From: Desulfatiglandales bacterium
GTDB taxonomy: Bacteria > Desulfobacterota > DSM-4660 > Desulfatiglandales > Desulfatiglandaceae
NCBI GenBank assembly: GCA_963662465.1
Contig: OY759599.1
Span: forward strand, 7,936,001-8,000,000
Length of the DNA: 64,000 nucleotides
Reading direction: 5' to 3'
The notes below the pieces were generated by a model, which made no database searches, had not been told where the DNA came from, and saw only the letters and a list, made by a program, of their open reading frames with translations. Below are positions 18,350-28,919 of the stretch, in pieces (within the stretch, counting starts at the first letter, position 1; each line of letters starts with the position of its first letter). Both the position numbers and the translations under genes were made by a program.

Positions 18350-20320
18350 ATGAGGTACGCGGAAACAGGATATAATTTGGAAATTGATTTAGCGACAGGA
18401 AACATTGAACGGGTGGAAACCGACCCGAAACTAATGGAACTTCATCTGGGAGGGCTGGGGACCAGCGTCAAGATACACTGGGATAGGGTTCCCCCTGAAA
18501 CCAAACCCTTTGACCCTGGGAATCTACTCATATTCAGTTCCGGTCTTTTAATCGGCACACCCGCTTACAGCGCTAACCGTGCCATTGTTACCTTTATTTC
18601 TCCTCAAACGGGATTATTGGCATATCCAATGATGGGGGGATTTTGGTCGGCGGAATTGAAGTATGCCGGTTATGACAAGGTGATCTTTCGCAACAAATCC
18701 CCGAAGCTGGTTTACATATGGATACACAATGACAAGGTAGAGATACGTGACGCTGCTCATCTGAAGGGTAAAGGCGCTGTTGAAACGCAAGAGCTTATCC
18801 GGGAGGAATTGAATGAGCCGAAAGCCGAGGTGGCCGCTATTGGTTTGGCCGGTGAAAATCGGGTTTTCGTGGCATCTATCGAGCAGTCCAGGTCAAGTGC
18901 CAGCAGAGGCGGCGGCGGCGCCATTATGGGAGATAAAAATATCAAGGCGGTAGCGGTTCATGGAACGAAGTCCGTCTACCTGGCCCGAGGGGCCGAATTT
19001 ATGGCGCATATGAAGGGGATAACGGAATATATAAAATTCCGGAATTCAAATCCTCTCCCGGGGGTAATGACCATTTTATCCGGAATTGGGTCTCCGGGGG
19101 AGATGAAACACACAGATGAGAAGTGGCATACTGAAAGTTTTGCCTGGGGAAATGCCCGTGCTCGCAGGAAAGACTTTTGGACCAAGGAAATCGAGGAAAG
19201 TTGGAAAAAGACCCAGTTAAGTACGATAACGCGGTTAATAAGTTGTTTTAACTGTCCGCAGCAATGCGGGGCATTAATTTCCTCCGAGGGCGTTTCAAGA
19301 TACATGATGAAATGTTTCTCGAAACTGACCTACTTAATGGCGGCTTATGTGGATAACCTGGATTTTGGTTTTAAAATTGCTAAGCGTGCTTTTGAGTACG
19401 GCGTGGACTCTTTCTCGACCCCGCAAATTTTGGCTTTCGCTGTTGAACTCTATGAAGCCGGTATTTTGACCGACAAAGACTTTGAAGGGTGTCCCTCCGA
19501 TAAAGAGGGGAGATTCTTCTGGTTGCTTGACAGAGTAGCCCGGAGAGAGGGAATCGGAGATGTTCTGGCCGACGGCGTTTATTGGGCGGCCCGAAAAATT
19601 GGCAATGGGGCGGAAAAATATGACCATAATACGACTAAGAAACATGAACAGATGAACATCAAACTGGGAATGCTGGATCCCCTTTATTACCTCATGTATG
19701 CCACCAACGAGAAGGTGAGTATTACCCAAATGGAAGGGAATTGGCCCCAGGCGCCTTTTCCCAAAAAAGAGGACAGAGAAGCGTTTGTAAAGGATTGGCC
19801 CCAGCTTCCCGATGAAAAGTTTAAGCAATATTTCCTGGATTGGGAACCGCGTGGAGAACACTCAAATCCATATTACCCAACGCCTCAAATGTGCTGTGAA
19901 ATTGTGGATTGGATGGAGATGTTGCACAACATTGATGATGCGCTTTGTTTATGCGCCGGCATGGGATCATTTTGCTTGAAGCCTCCCTACCATATACACA
20001 ATTATCCAAAATTAATCTCCGCGGCGACCGGGATGGATCTGGATGAGGTCGCACTGAAGAAAATCGTCAACAGGAGCCGCAATTTACATAGGGCGTACAA
20101 TATTAGACTAGGCTTGTTGAGAGCTGATGAGAAGCCGCCTGAAGACCACTGGAGAAAGAGATTTCCCGAGCTCGAGGAAGAACTCTTATCGACCTATTAT
20201 GCGTACAAGGGATGGAACGCCGACGGTATTCCCACAAAAGAAAGATTGCATGAATTAGATTTGGATTATGTTGCCGAAGACTTGGAAAAAAGAGGATTTT
20301 TAAAAAATGACCAAGACTAA
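18350..20320 (+). CDS. bamB: Class II benzoyl-CoA reductase tungsten-binding catalytic subunit (AOR family)
   Basis: MRYAETGYNLEIDL start; EKWHTE.FAWGNAR; SCFNCPQQC; MMKCFSKLTY; context bamCDEF. Confidence 0.92.
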   Translation: MRYAETGYNLEIDLATGNIERVETDPKLMELHLGGLGTSVKIHWDRVPPETKPFDPGNLLIFSSGLLIGTPAYSANRAIVTFISPQTGLLAYPMMGGFWSAELKYAGYDKVIFRNKSPKLVYIWIHNDKVEIRDAAHLKGKGAVETQELIREELNEPKAEVAAIGLAGENRVFVASIEQSRSSASRGGGGAIMGDKNIKAVAVHGTKSVYLARGAEFMAHMKGITEYIKFRNSNPLPGVMTILSGIGSPGEMKHTDEKWHTESFAWGNARARRKDFWTKEIEESWKKTQLSTITRLISCFNCPQQCGALISSEGVSRYMMKCFSKLTYLMAAYVDNLDFGFKIAKRAFEYGVDSFSTPQILAFAVELYEAGILTDKDFEGCPSDKEGRFFWLLDRVARREGIGDVLADGVYWAARKIGNGAEKYDHNTTKKHEQMNIKLGMLDPLYYLMYATNEKVSITQMEGNWPQAPFPKKEDREAFVKDWPQLPDEKFKQYFLDWEPRGEHSNPYYPTPQMCCEIVDWMEMLHNIDDALCLCAGMGSFCLKPPYHIHNYPKLISAATGMDLDEVALKKIVNRSRNLHRAYNIRLGLLRADEKPPEDHWRKRFPELEEELLSTYYAYKGWNADGIPTKERLHELDLDYVAEDLEKRGFLKNDQD

Positions 20321-20843
20321 GAAAATTAAGACAATCAAGGTTGATGCTGATAAGTGCAATGGCTGCAGAGGTTGTGAAGTCGTCTGTTCCGCCTTTCACA
20401 GCGAACCGAAATACAGCTGTATTAATCCGGCAAAGGCTCGTATTCAAATCATCACTCACCGACTGAAAGACATATGGCTTCCGGTGTTCGCCGGTGAATA
20501 TACGCCGGCCGAATGTGCGGGTAGGGACAAATACGTGATTGATGGAAAGGAATACGACGAGTGCGCTTTTTGCCGGGCTTCCTGCCCATCCCGGGACCTG
20601 TTTAAAGACCCTGATTCCGGCCTTCCGTTAAAATGCGATATGTGTGAAGGTGAAGAAGAGGGTCCTTTGTGTGTTCAGTGGTGCCTCAATGATGTCTTGA
20701 CTTACGAAGAAAGAGAAGAGGAAGTGGAAGAAGAGGAAAGCCCGGAGGAAATGGAGATCGGATTGCAGGCATTGGCAAACCAATATGGACTGGACAAAAT
20801 AATGGAAACCGTCAACCGAATGTCAATGTCCAAGACGAGCTGA
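20307..20843 (+). CDS. bamC: Benzoyl-CoA reductase Fe-S subunit
   Basis: CNGCRGCEVVC, CAGRDKY.IDGKEYDECAFCRASCP, KCDMC, CVQWC. Confidence 0.9.
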   Translation: MTKTKKIKTIKVDADKCNGCRGCEVVCSAFHSEPKYSCINPAKARIQIITHRLKDIWLPVFAGEYTPAECAGRDKYVIDGKEYDECAFCRASCPSRDLFKDPDSGLPLKCDMCEGEEEGPLCVQWCLNDVLTYEEREEEVEEEESPEEMEIGLQALANQYGLDKIMETVNRMSMSKTS

Positions 20844-20878
20844 AATATAAAGGCAAAACAAGAGGTTTAAGAAATACC

Positions 20879-22030
20879 GTGGAGAATGTAGCCGACTACA
20901 AAGAGATCATCGATGTCATCAAGGAAAGTGGTGGCGACGCCTTCAAAAGATGCTTCCAATGCGGGTTATGCGATACGGTTTGTCCCTGGAACAGGGTCAG
21001 AAACTTCAGCATGCGCAAGCTGGTCCGACAGGCGACTTTCGGTTTTACCGAGATCGAAAGTGAAGAGATGTGGCTTTGCACCACCTGTGGAAGATGCCCG
21101 CAACAGTGCCCCAGGGACGTCAATCAGATTGAGTCGGGGATCGCATTGCGCAGGGTTGCCACGGAATACGGGGTCTTTCCCGCTTCCGTCAAACCCATCC
21201 GCACGGCCATCGGAAGCCTCACGGGAGAGGGCAACCCCATCGGCGAAGACCGAAAAAAAAGAGCGGATTGGGCCAAGGGCCAGGGAATCAACGCCTTTTC
21301 GGAAGAAATGGAAATTTTATACTTCCCCGGCTGCTACCCCAGCTATGACCCGAGACTAAAAAAGGTAGCTACCGCCACGGCGAAGATTCTCAAATCGGCG
21401 GGGGTGAATTTCGGGATAATCGGGGCAAAAGAAAATTGCTGTGGGGAAAGCATCCGCAAAACCGGCGATGAGGAGTTATTCAAACGCCTGGCCAAGGAAA
21501 ACATCAAAACCTTTATCGATAACGGCGTCAAAAAGATCCTGGTTTCTTCCCCCCATTGCTACCACACCTTCAAAAACGAGTATCCCCAATTCATGGTGAA
21601 CTTTGAAATAGTCCATATTTCCCAGTATTTATTCGAGCTGATGAACGAGGGAAGACTTGCGTTTACCGGGGAATATGAGAAGAAAATAACCTATCATGAC
21701 CCCTGTTACCTGGGAAGGCATAACGGCATATATGAGGAACCCCGGGAGGTTCTGAAAAGGATACCGGGGTTGACATTGCATGAAATGCCCGATTCTCGCG
21801 TGGACAGTCTCTGTTGCGGCGGGGGCGGCGGCAGGGTGTGGATGGAAACCCAAAAGGGGGAGAGATTCGGCGATATCAGAATCGAACAGGCCATTGGGGT
21901 GGGCGCCGAGGTACTGGCGACCTGCTGCCCCTACTGCATTACCATGCTCGAGGACAGCCGGATCACCATGGGCGTCGATGAAAAGATCGAGATTAAAGAC
22001 ATCACCGAGATCATACAGGACGTTATTTAG
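20879..22030 (+). CDS. bamD: HdrCB/HdrD-like Fe-S oxidoreductase with CCG domains
   Basis: CFQCGLCDTVCP, CTTCGRCPQQCP, NCCG, YHDPCYLGR, LCCGGGG, TCCPYC. Confidence 0.88.
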   Translation: MENVADYKEIIDVIKESGGDAFKRCFQCGLCDTVCPWNRVRNFSMRKLVRQATFGFTEIESEEMWLCTTCGRCPQQCPRDVNQIESGIALRRVATEYGVFPASVKPIRTAIGSLTGEGNPIGEDRKKRADWAKGQGINAFSEEMEILYFPGCYPSYDPRLKKVATATAKILKSAGVNFGIIGAKENCCGESIRKTGDEELFKRLAKENIKTFIDNGVKKILVSSPHCYHTFKNEYPQFMVNFEIVHISQYLFELMNEGRLAFTGEYEKKITYHDPCYLGRHNGIYEEPREVLKRIPGLTLHEMPDSRVDSLCCGGGGGRVWMETQKGERFGDIRIEQAIGVGAEVLATCCPYCITMLEDSRITMGVDEKIEIKDITEIIQDVI

Positions 22031-22064
22031 GGATCTTACAAATCTCACATAGGGAAATAGAGCA

Positions 22065-25000
22065 GTGGAAAAAGAACGGATTGAACAACTTAAAAAGGGC
22101 TTCGCGGACGGTAATTTCGGCGATGTGATGGTTGTAGGCGGTGGGGTCAGCGGCATTCAAGCATCGCTGGACCTTGCCACTGCCGGTTTTAAGGTCTACC
22201 TGGTGGAAAAATCGCCCAGCATCGGGGGCCATATGGCCCAGCTGGATAAGACCTTTCCCACCAATGATTGCTCCATGTGAATACTTTCTCCTAAACTGGT
22301 CGAGGTCGGCCGGCATCCGAACATAGAGGTTCTTACTTATACGGAAGTTGATGGCGTGGAGGGAAAAGCGGGAGACTTCAACGTCGCCCTGATCAAGAAA
22401 CCCCGATATATCATCGAGGAAAAATGCACGGGTTGTACCACCTGCGCCGAATACTGTCCGGTGCAATACCCGGATCAATTCAATCAGGACATATCGGAGA
22501 ACAAAGCCGTCCATATCTACTTTGCCCAGGCGGTCCCCCTGATCGCCTATATTGATGAAACCTGTCTTTACCTGAAAGAGAAGAAATGCGCCATTTGTGA
22601 AAACGTCTGTCAGGCCGGCGCCATTGATCTCCATCAAAAGCCGGAGAAGGTAAACATCAACGTGGGGGCTATCATTTTAGCGCTCGGCATTGAGCCCTTT
22701 GACCCCAGGGTCAGGGAGGAATATCGCTATGGACAGTTTGCAAACGTGGTCACCAGCATGGACTATGAACGGCTGTTATGCGCGACGGGGCCTTACGGCG
22801 GGGAGATACGGCGTGCTTCAGACCTGAAACATCCCCATAAAATCGCCTGGATCAGCTGCGTGGGCTCCAGGCGACTGACAGAGGGCAACAACAGCTACTG
22901 CTCCGGCGTGTGCTGCACCTATGCCCAGAAACACGTGATTTTAACCAAGGACCATGATCCCGAGGCTGAGTGTACCATCTTTCACAACGATATTCGCTCC
23001 TTCGGCAAGGATTTTGAACGATACCACCAGCGAACCGAGCAACTCCCCGGGATTCGATTTATCAGAAGCTACACCTCCATCACCCAGGAGGACCCGGAAA
23101 CCAAGAATGTCACGGTGCGATACGCGACCCATGACGCCGGCGTCAAAGAAGAAGAATTCAATATGGTGGTATTATCCGTCGGGTTGAATCCCCCCAAGGA
23201 TTTTCAGGGCCTGGCAGAAAAATTCGGTATTGAGCTGGAACCTCACAATTTTTGTAAACTCAATCCCACAAACCCCATAGAAACCACCCGGCCCGGCATC
23301 TTTGTGAGCGGCGCCTTCCAGGGTCCCATCGATATTCCCGAGTCGGTGTTCAGCGCCAGCGGCGCCGGCGCCCAGTGCGGCCAACTTCTGGATTACCGGC
23401 GCGGAAAACTTTCCAGGGAAAGGATATACCCCCCTGAACGGGATGTGTCCCAGGAAGAACCCAGGATCGGGGTCTTCGTGTGCCATTGCGGGTCCAATAT
23501 CGGAAGCGTCGTGAATGTTCCCTCAGTCGTTGAATATGCCCTGACCCTCCCCCATGTGGTCTATGCCCAGGAACAGCTGTTTTCATGCGCGACCAATTCC
23601 GCACAGGAAATAACGGACATTACCAAAGAAAAAGGGCTCAATCGCGTGGTGGTGGCCGCCTGCTCCCCAAGGACCCTGGAACCGCTCTTTCGGGACACCG
23701 TCCGAGAAGCAGGCATCAACCAGTATTACTACGACATGGCCAATATCCGGGAACATTGCTCCTGGTGCCATTCCAAGGAAAAGGAAGCAGCAACGCAAAA
23801 GGCAAAGGATATTACCCGCATGTCGGTGGCCCGCGCCTGCCTTCTGGAACCATTGCAGGAATTTGACCTGCCGGTGGATAGAAGGGCCCTGGTGGTGGGC
23901 GGCGGCATCGCCGGCATGACCTGCGCGCTCTCCATCGCCGCCCAGGAGGATCATGAGGTTTATCTGATTGAAAAAGATAAAGATCTCGGGGGCATGGTTA
24001 GAAAAATTTACACCACGCTCGAAGGTCTGGATGTTCAGGCCTATTTGCGTGATCTGGTGCAGAAGGTTTACCTGAACCCCTTGATCCATGTGTATACGGA
24101 TGCCGAAATTATAGAAGCGACCGGTTATGTGGGGAATTTTGTCACTCAGATAAAATCCGACAGAGGGCTTACAGAGATCAAGCATGGCGTGGCCGTCATC
24201 GCAACGGGGGCCGATGTATATGAACCCACCGAATACCTCTACGGCGAAGACGACCGGGTGCTGACCCAGCTCGATTTGGAAGACCGAATTGCCAAGAAAG
24301 ACGAAAAGGTCCTTAAAGCCGAGACCCTGGTGATGATCCAATGCGTCGGCTGCAGAAATGAGGACCGGAATTACTGCTCCCGCATCTGCTGCGGCAATGC
24401 TGTTAAAAACGCCCTGAAACTGAAAGAGATCAACCCGGAGATGGATATCTATATCCTCTTTCGGGATATGAGGACCTATGGGTTCAGCGAGGATTATTAC
24501 CGGGAAGCCTCCAATAAGGATGTGAAGTTCATCCGCTGGGAACCGGAAAATCAGCCGCAAGTGGAAGCGGTTACCGAGGCGGGCAAACCCGTTTTAAGGG
24601 TCGCCGTGACCGATGAAGTTTTAGGTCAACAGCTTGGCATAGACGCCGATTGCCTCGTTTTGGCCGCCGCTGTGATCCCCTCCGCATCAACCAAAGAAAT
24701 CGCCGGTCAATTCAAGGTGACTTTGAGCCCGGATGGCTTTTTTAAGGAAGCCCACGCCAAATTGAGACCGGTCGAGTTTGCCGCGGATGGCGTTTATCTA
24801 TGTGGAATGGCCCACTATCCGAAAACCATATCGGAGACCATCAACCAGGCGTATGGAGCCGCGGGCCGGGTCTTAACACTTCTTTCACACGATACGGTTG
24901 TTGCATCCGGTTCCGTTTGCGAGGTAGATGAAAAGAGGTGCATGGGGTGTGGGGCATGTGCCTCAGTTTGTACCTACGGCGCCATTGAATTGCGGAAAAC

Positions 25001-25190
25001 AAAACTGGGTCATAAGGCCGTCATTAATCCGGTCCTCTGCAAAGGGGATGGCCTCTGCAACACCAAGTGTCCGACGGGCGCTATTTTTCTGAAACACTTT
25101 ACCGATGAAGCGCTCTTAAGTCAAATCGATGCGGCCTTTCCAGCGGAAGAGAGCAACCAACCCATGAATGCGGCTGTGGGAGATGTGTAA
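22065..25190 (+). CDS. bamE: HdrA-like double-flavin subunit, predicted selenoprotein (UGA at 22278-22280 = Sec)
   Basis: ORFs 22065-22280 and 22356-25190 are in one frame joined by a single TGA in [18 protein letters not shown]; two Rossmann motifs (GGGVSG, GGGIAG); ferredoxin motifs. Confidence 0.9.
22296..22313 (+). promoter_or_regulatory. Putative bacterial SECIS hairpin of bamE
   Basis: CUGGUCG-AGGU-CGGCCGG (7 bp incl. G-U pairs), 15 nt after the UGA, G in the loop. Confidence 0.6.
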
Positions 25191-25238
25191 ACGTACACAA
25201 ACAAATAAAGCCGGGATTACACAAACGAGGGGAAAAAG

Positions 25239-26024
25239 ATGAGTACGGGACTGAAATTTAAACCTAAAATTTTGGGTTTTGTATGCCATTGGTGAGCATA
25301 CGGCGCCGCAGACATGGCTGGAGTTTCCAGACTACAATATGCAAGTGAAATGAGGCTTATCCGCGTCATGTGTTCCGGCAGGGTCGACCTGGAGTTTGTA
25401 CTCAGAGCCTTCTCTAATGGAACGGATGCTGTTTTTATCGGTGGCTGTCATCTGGGTGAATGCAACTATGTGACCCATGGCAACTTCCATACCCTGAACA
25501 TGGTCCTTTTATGCCGGAAGATCATGGAACATATCGGGCTTAATCCCGAAAGGTTGCGCATTAAATTCATGTCCGCCGGGGATGGGATTCCATTCGCCCA
25601 AATGATGAGTGAGTTCATCGCCAAGGTAAAAGAGTTGGGTCCCCTTGGCCATGGCGAAGCTGAAGACATAGACCGAGACGCATTAAAATCAAAAATTGCG
25701 GAAGTAACCAAGCTGATCCCCTACATTAAGATAGCAAAAAGGGAAAAGCTGGCGTCGCGTCTTGAAAATAAAAAAGACTATGAGGGACTTTTTACCAAGG
25801 ACGAAATAGAGGATTTATTTCGCGATGTCGTCTCCTACTATATTGATCCGGAAAAGTGCAAGGCTTGTATGATGTGCGCCAAGAGATGTCCCGCGGAGGC
25901 GATTATCGGTGCAAAGAAGCAAATTCATGTGATTGATCAGGAGAAATGCATCAAATGTGGCACTTGCTTTGAGGTCTGCCCGCCTAAATTCGGCGCTGTA
26001 ACGAAGATTTTTGGAGAGTATTAA
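25239..26024 (+). CDS. bamF: MvhD/FlpD-like [2Fe-2S] subunit fused to a 2x[4Fe-4S] ferredoxin, predicted selenoprotein (UGA at 25293-25295 = Sec)
   Basis: GAGGGG RBS and ATG 25239; ILGFVCHW-U-AYGAADMAG; MCSGRV; GCHLGECNY; C-terminal CKACMMCAKRCP and CIKCGTCFEVCP. Confidence 0.9.
25318..25330 (+). promoter_or_regulatory. Putative SECIS hairpin of bamF
   Basis: CUGGA-GUU-UCCAG perfect 5-bp stem, 22 nt after the UGA. Confidence 0.55.
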
Positions 26025-26026
26025 CC

Positions 26027-26731
26027 ATGACCATCGGTCCATACACCTATGACGAATATATCGAACAGGTCAGTCGTTTTCACGGTCATATCGCCCCCGG
26101 CATGGTGATCGGCGGTTTTATGGTGGATTTGGCGCTCAAGAACCTTCCCGAGGGAGAATTTTTTGACGCGCTGTGTGAGACCAGGGCTTGTTTGCCTGAC
26201 GCGATTCAATTGTTGACGCCCTGCACTATCGGTAACGGCTGGCTCAAGGTGATTGACATGGGTCGCTATGCGGTAACGCTTTATGAAAAATTTGGCGGCA
26301 GGGGGGTACGGGTCTATGTGGACGCCGATAAAACCAAAGCCTGGCCGGAACTGAAGGGTTGGTATTTTAAACTCAAACCGAAGAAAGCGCAGGATTTTGA
26401 CAGGCTCATGGCGGAAATCAAGAATGCCGGGGCCGGCGTTTGCGGCATGCAGACCGTGCGGTTGGATCCAAATTTTATCAAGGTGCGACGCCGCAAGGGG
26501 TTTAGAATCTGCGTGCTGTGCGGCGAGGCCTATCCCGTAAGCGATGGCGCCATCTGCCGGGGTTGCCAGGGGGACGCGCCGTATGTTGCCATGGAAGCGT
26601 CCCCGGTTGATACCGTTCCTATGCAGCCGGAATTAAAAACGGCGCCGGTTGAGGAGGCCGTGGGCCGGCATACCCGTAACGCGCAGGGATCTCGCTCAAA
26701 TGGCGGAAGGCGGCTTCTGCCTGAATTGTAA
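26027..26731 (+). CDS. FmdE-family protein with Zn finger, probably 3-prime truncated
   Basis: FHGHIAPG, CLPDAIQLLTPCTIGNG, CVLCGE...CRGC; starts 2 nt after the bamF stop. Confidence 0.8.
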   Translation: MTIGPYTYDEYIEQVSRFHGHIAPGMVIGGFMVDLALKNLPEGEFFDALCETRACLPDAIQLLTPCTIGNGWLKVIDMGRYAVTLYEKFGGRGVRVYVDADKTKAWPELKGWYFKLKPKKAQDFDRLMAEIKNAGAGVCGMQTVRLDPNFIKVRRRKGFRICVLCGEAYPVSDGAICRGCQGDAPYVAMEASPVDTVPMQPELKTAPVEEAVGRHTRNAQGSRSNGGRRLLPEL

Positions 26732-26826
26732 AAGATGCACTTATCCCAAGTGTCCTTTCGGAAAATAGGGACTGCCCCTCTTAAAGCGACACCAATATGC
26801 CGGTCACATTTGAGCCGGGAAAGTGA

Positions 26827-27615
26827 ATGTCCATGACCCCTGCTGTTGGAGTGACGACCCAGATTATTCGCCATGCGAAATGGTACAAGCATATTCGAGA
26901 GCTCGGTTCCGACGCCATTGAAATCAATCGGCAGAATTCCAAACTGCATTTCAATCTCTATTTTCTGGAAAAAGTCAAAAAATACACGAAAGGATTCGAT
27001 TTAAGCCTTCATTCGGGTACGGCCGGAATTTTCCAGGCGTACGAGCCCTTCACAAAGGCTAACCTTGCGGTACTTGCTGCCGAGGTCGATGTATGCCATA
27101 TCCTCGGAGCACACCAATTTGTATTTCACTTAAATGATGGAATATTGACCCCCGAAAATAAAAAACGCCTGGAATTGGTGATTTCTTACGCCGAGGATAT
27201 GGGTGTGAAAATGCTTTACGAATCCAATAGTACGTTGGTTGCTGATTATGCTTACAATGTCCTTGAAAGCTTTCCGGGACTCGGATATGTCCTCGATTTG
27301 GGACACCTCAACAACGGTTACGGAAGAGGCAAGCTGGGATGCGGGATCGATGAATTTATCCGCCAAGTGAAAAACCGGGTGGTTTATGTTCACGCCAGCA
27401 ACAACTCAGGGAAGCGAGATGAACACAACGGCCTGGAAAATGGAACCCTGGATTGGCGTAATGTTTTGGATATGCTGGATTTTTCAAAAATTCTAAAGAT
27501 CATTATAGAGGTCAGACACATGGACATGGTAGAGAACTCCATGAGGGACTTGATGCAATATCTTGGAAGGGAGATCCCGACACAACGGTATCATGTCATG
27601 GGATTAAGGCGGTAA
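26827..27615 (+). CDS. Xylose-isomerase-like TIM barrel (AP endonuclease 2 family)
   Basis: LSLH, FVFH, YESN, LDLGH, YVHASNN...DEH...GTLDW, IIEV metal ligands. Confidence 0.8.
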   Translation: MSMTPAVGVTTQIIRHAKWYKHIRELGSDAIEINRQNSKLHFNLYFLEKVKKYTKGFDLSLHSGTAGIFQAYEPFTKANLAVLAAEVDVCHILGAHQFVFHLNDGILTPENKKRLELVISYAEDMGVKMLYESNSTLVADYAYNVLESFPGLGYVLDLGHLNNGYGRGKLGCGIDEFIRQVKNRVVYVHASNNSGKRDEHNGLENGTLDWRNVLDMLDFSKILKIIIEVRHMDMVENSMRDLMQYLGREIPTQRYHVMGLRR

Positions 27616-27700
27616 TCTTGATCCATCCGTTTAATGCTGAGTGACTCTGTCGCTTTCTTCGTTGCTTCTCTCGGGACGGCAATTATTTCTTGCTAAGGCC

Positions 27701-28903
27701 CTAATGTGCGGTTCTGAGGGGATCTCTCAAAAGGGAGAATATCCTGAGCGGTTGATCAATCCCCTTCAACGGCACAAGTCCCAAATCATAGACCGGCCAA
27801 AGCCCGTCAATCATTTTTTGGGTCTCTTCCCCGATGATAATATCCCCGCCCTGGGCATGGTCCGCCAGGCGGGCCGCCAGATTGGTGACTGGACCTGACG
27901 CCGTGTAGGTCATGCGAGTATCCAGCGTCCCCTTGAAAACGGTCATCCCCACCAGGGCCACCCCCGAGTTAATGCCGATATTGACGTTTACCGGTTCGAA
28001 ACGTCCCGCCATTTCATGGTTGAGCTGGTGGTTTCGCGCATGAATGTCAAAGGCGGCTTTTGCTGCATTCCGGGCGTTGGTTTTGGCGTCGTCATTTTTG
28101 AAGATAATCATGAGCCCATCTCCGGCGGTTTCGTTGATATCGCCGCCTGATCTGTGAATGGGGTCAACGAAGTTGGAAAACATCTCTTCCACCATGTGGT
28201 TCATTTCAACGGCGGTTTTGTTGGCGCTGAGCCGGGTGTACCCTTCAAGATCCAGAAAGAGGACGGAGACGTCCCGGCTCTCTTTTGCTCGGGTGAGCAT
28301 CTCGGGGTTTGACTCAACGATGCGTCGGACGGATTGCGGTACAAAGGGGGATAAGTGTGTCAGTTTCCGGCTGATGTCAAGTTTTTCCTGGGTGATTTCC
28401 CAGTGCTTTTTGGCCGCCATGATGGCATTGCCGGCCATTTCGGAAAGGTCCTTCATCAGATAGAAGTCCTTTTTGGTAAAACGGGCGTTGGGCCGGGATA
28501 CCACATTAATGACGGCCACGATGTCATCATGGACAAATACGGGCATGGCGGCTTCCGGGCCTGTATCGACGGTAGCCCCGTCATGTCTGACAATGGGTTG
28601 GGTTTTCGAAATGACCACCCCTTTTCGGGTGGCCAGGGCTTTCTGGATGGCGGGACGATTTTTTTTACAGGAAAGACAGTTCACGGGCCGATTGTACAGG
28701 GCGCACTGGAGGGGGCGCGTATATTTTTGTGCATCGGGATCCAGCATGATGATGCAGGTTTCCATGGACGATGGAATCAGGGTCCGGACTTCTCCTCGCA
28801 AATTTTCCAGAATTTCATTGACTTCCATCGTTGACGCCAGTTTTTTTGAAAGGCGTTGCTGGGCCTCGAACCGTTCTTTATAATACTTTTGCATGTGAAT
28901 CAA
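27701..28903 (-). CDS. GAF-domain class III adenylate/guanylate cyclase
   Basis: LFLDLEGYT, GDGLMIIF, IGINSG, VTNLAARL; N-terminal GAF. Confidence 0.85.
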   Translation of the reverse strand: MIHMQKYYKERFEAQQRLSKKLASTMEVNEILENLRGEVRTLIPSSMETCIIMLDPDAQKYTRPLQCALYNRPVNCLSCKKNRPAIQKALATRKGVVISKTQPIVRHDGATVDTGPEAAMPVFVHDDIVAVINVVSRPNARFTKKDFYLMKDLSEMAGNAIMAAKKHWEITQEKLDISRKLTHLSPFVPQSVRRIVESNPEMLTRAKESRDVSVLFLDLEGYTRLSANKTAVEMNHMVEEMFSNFVDPIHRSGGDINETAGDGLMIIFKNDDAKTNARNAAKAAFDIHARNHQLNHEMAGRFEPVNVNIGINSGVALVGMTVFKGTLDTRMTYTASGPVTNLAARLADHAQGGDIIIGEETQKMIDGLWPVYDLGLVPLKGIDQPLRIFSLLRDPLRTAH

Positions 28904-28919
28904 TTCCCATGAATGGGGT

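Noticed and set aside
22065..25330. bamE and bamF as pseudogenes
   Set aside because: Both stops are in-frame UGA at Cys-motif positions with downstream hairpins; Sec is the better explanation
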